From: a virus
UHGV virus genome: UHGV-0387474
Direction: 5' to 3' (one strand)
DNA: 44,321 nt
The notes beneath the pieces are model-generated. The model did no database searches and was not told where the DNA came from. It saw only the letters and a program-made list of their open reading frames with translations. Shown one piece after another: positions 43,698 through 44,321 of this stretch (position 1 is the stretch's first letter; every line of letters starts with the position of its first letter). A program made the position numbers and the translations under genes.

Positions 43698-44321
43698 CTA
43701 ATCTTCCGCTTCTATGAGTTCTCCATCTTTAAGCATGTACCATGTATCTGCTTTGATGTTTACTCCATCAACAACTACTGCTTTCCAGTCGGAAATTTTA
43801 CAGCTATTTTGTTCTTCTTCTGCAATAACCAAAATCGAACCTAGCCCTCCTTTTGCCTTTACCCCTTTTCCTCTTGCAACAGATAATCCGTTTTCGCCTG
43901 TTGATGATTTTCCACGACTTGTTGCTGCTCCTCTGTCCCCGGCCGTTGCTGCTCCGTAGTCCCCGGCCGTTGCTGCTCCGCTGTCCCCGGCCGTTGCTGC
44001 TCCGCTGTACCCGGCTGTTGCTGCTCCGCTGTACCCGGCCGTTGCTGCTCCGCTGTACCCGGCTGTTGCTGCTCCTCTGTTCCCGGCTGTTGCTGCTCCG
44101 TAGTCCCCGGCTGTTGCTGCTCCGTAGTCCCCGGCCGTTGCTGCTCCTCTGTCCCCGGCTGTTGCTGCTCCGCTGTACCCGGCTGTTGCTGCTCCTCTGT
44201 CCCCGGCCGTTGCTGCTCCGCTGTCCCCGGCCGTTGCTGCTCCGCTGTACCCGGCCGTTGCTGCTCCGTAGTCCCCGGCCGTTGCTGCTCCGCTGTCCCC
44301 GGCCGTTGCTGCTCCGCTGTA
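43698..44321 (-). CDS. C-terminal part of the wrap-around repeat protein: ~17 more G-[D/Y/N]-[Y/S/R]-G-A-A-T-A octapeptides then a 78-aa C-terminal domain
   Basis: Same frame as 1..501 across the junction; ends ...SRGKSSTGENGLSVARGKGVKAKGGLGSILVIAEEEQNSCKISDWKAVVVDGVNIKADTWYMLKDGELIEAED, stop TAG at 43698..43700. Confidence 0.7.
   Translation of the reverse strand, partial: YSGAATAGDSGAATAGDYGAATAGYSGAATAGDSGAATAGDRGAATAGYSGAATAGDRGAATAGDYGAATAGDYGAATAGNRGAATAGYSGAATAGYSGAATAGYSGAATAGDSGAATAGDYGAATAGDRGAATSRGKSSTGENGLSVARGKGVKAKGGLGSILVIAEEEQNSCKISDWKAVVVDGVNIKADTWYMLKDGELIEAED
43914..44321. repeat. 24-bp tandem repeat array (16 full units + degenerate leading unit), in phase with array at 1..168
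   Basis: Units start 43938 and every 24 bp to 44298; last unit ends exactly at 44321 and unit 1 starts at position 1. Confidence 0.95.

Larger units (their letters stand above)
1..44321. mobile_element. Complete temperate siphovirus-like phage genome, apparently a circularly closed contig opened inside a tandem-repeat array
   Basis: Integrase+attP, CI/Cro switch, terminase-portal-MuF-scaffold-capsid-tail-TMP-lysin order on one strand; a minus-strand ORF and a phased 24-bp repeat array run across the window end into the window start. Confidence 0.7.

Noticed and set aside
1-44321. Diversity-generating retroelement, CRISPR or anti-CRISPR loci
   Set aside because: No reverse-transcriptase motif (YxDD), no template/variable repeat pair and no spacer-repeat arrays were found by inspection.

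Overview
Coordinates are window coordinates, not genome coordinates. The window reads as one complete temperate siphovirus-like phage genome from a low-GC Gram-positive host, probably Clostridia-like (cell-wall-binding-repeat endolysin, BhlA-type holin). The contig appears circularly closed.

The first ~170 bp and last ~400 bp are one phased 24-bp tandem-repeat array. A single minus-strand gene (N-terminus at 501..1, C-terminus at 44321..43698) reads in frame across the window junction.

Layout:
- Plus strand, 2.1-6.6 kb, lysogeny module: CI-like XRE repressor, a degenerate ImmA-like mini-protein, two membrane proteins, two tandem type I toxin/antisense-RNA cassettes, and a tyrosine integrase followed by attP (four CGTGTTGCAT arm sites around an inverted-repeat core).
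- Minus strand, from ~1.5 kb through the junction down to ~6.9 kb, one long lytic programme: Cro-like regulator, then early genes including HTH proteins, a Rad52/Sak annealing protein, an HNH-domain protein, a DnaD-like replisome organiser, a LexA-N-like wHTH, many tiny Cys4 zinc-ribbon ORFs and a Lar restriction-alleviation protein.
- Then TerS/TerL, portal, a MuF minor head protein and a ~5 kb accessory island of atypical, low-complexity proteins, followed by scaffold, major capsid, head-tail connector, a second zincin-like mini-protein, a holin plus DUF4417 moron, tail genes (major tail, Gp15-type chaperones, tape measure, Dit/Tal-like, duplicated fibre genes) and an M15 peptidase/CW_binding_1 endolysin.
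- The accessory island carries a papain/C39-like peptidase, a BhlA/UviB-like holin, a sigma region-4 mini-protein and Q/P-, M/G-, G/C-rich and BclA-C-like proteins. A plus-strand regulator islet sits next to it.

No rRNA, tRNA, CRISPR or reverse transcriptase was recognised. All calls are from reading the six-frame translations and the DNA. No database search was run.
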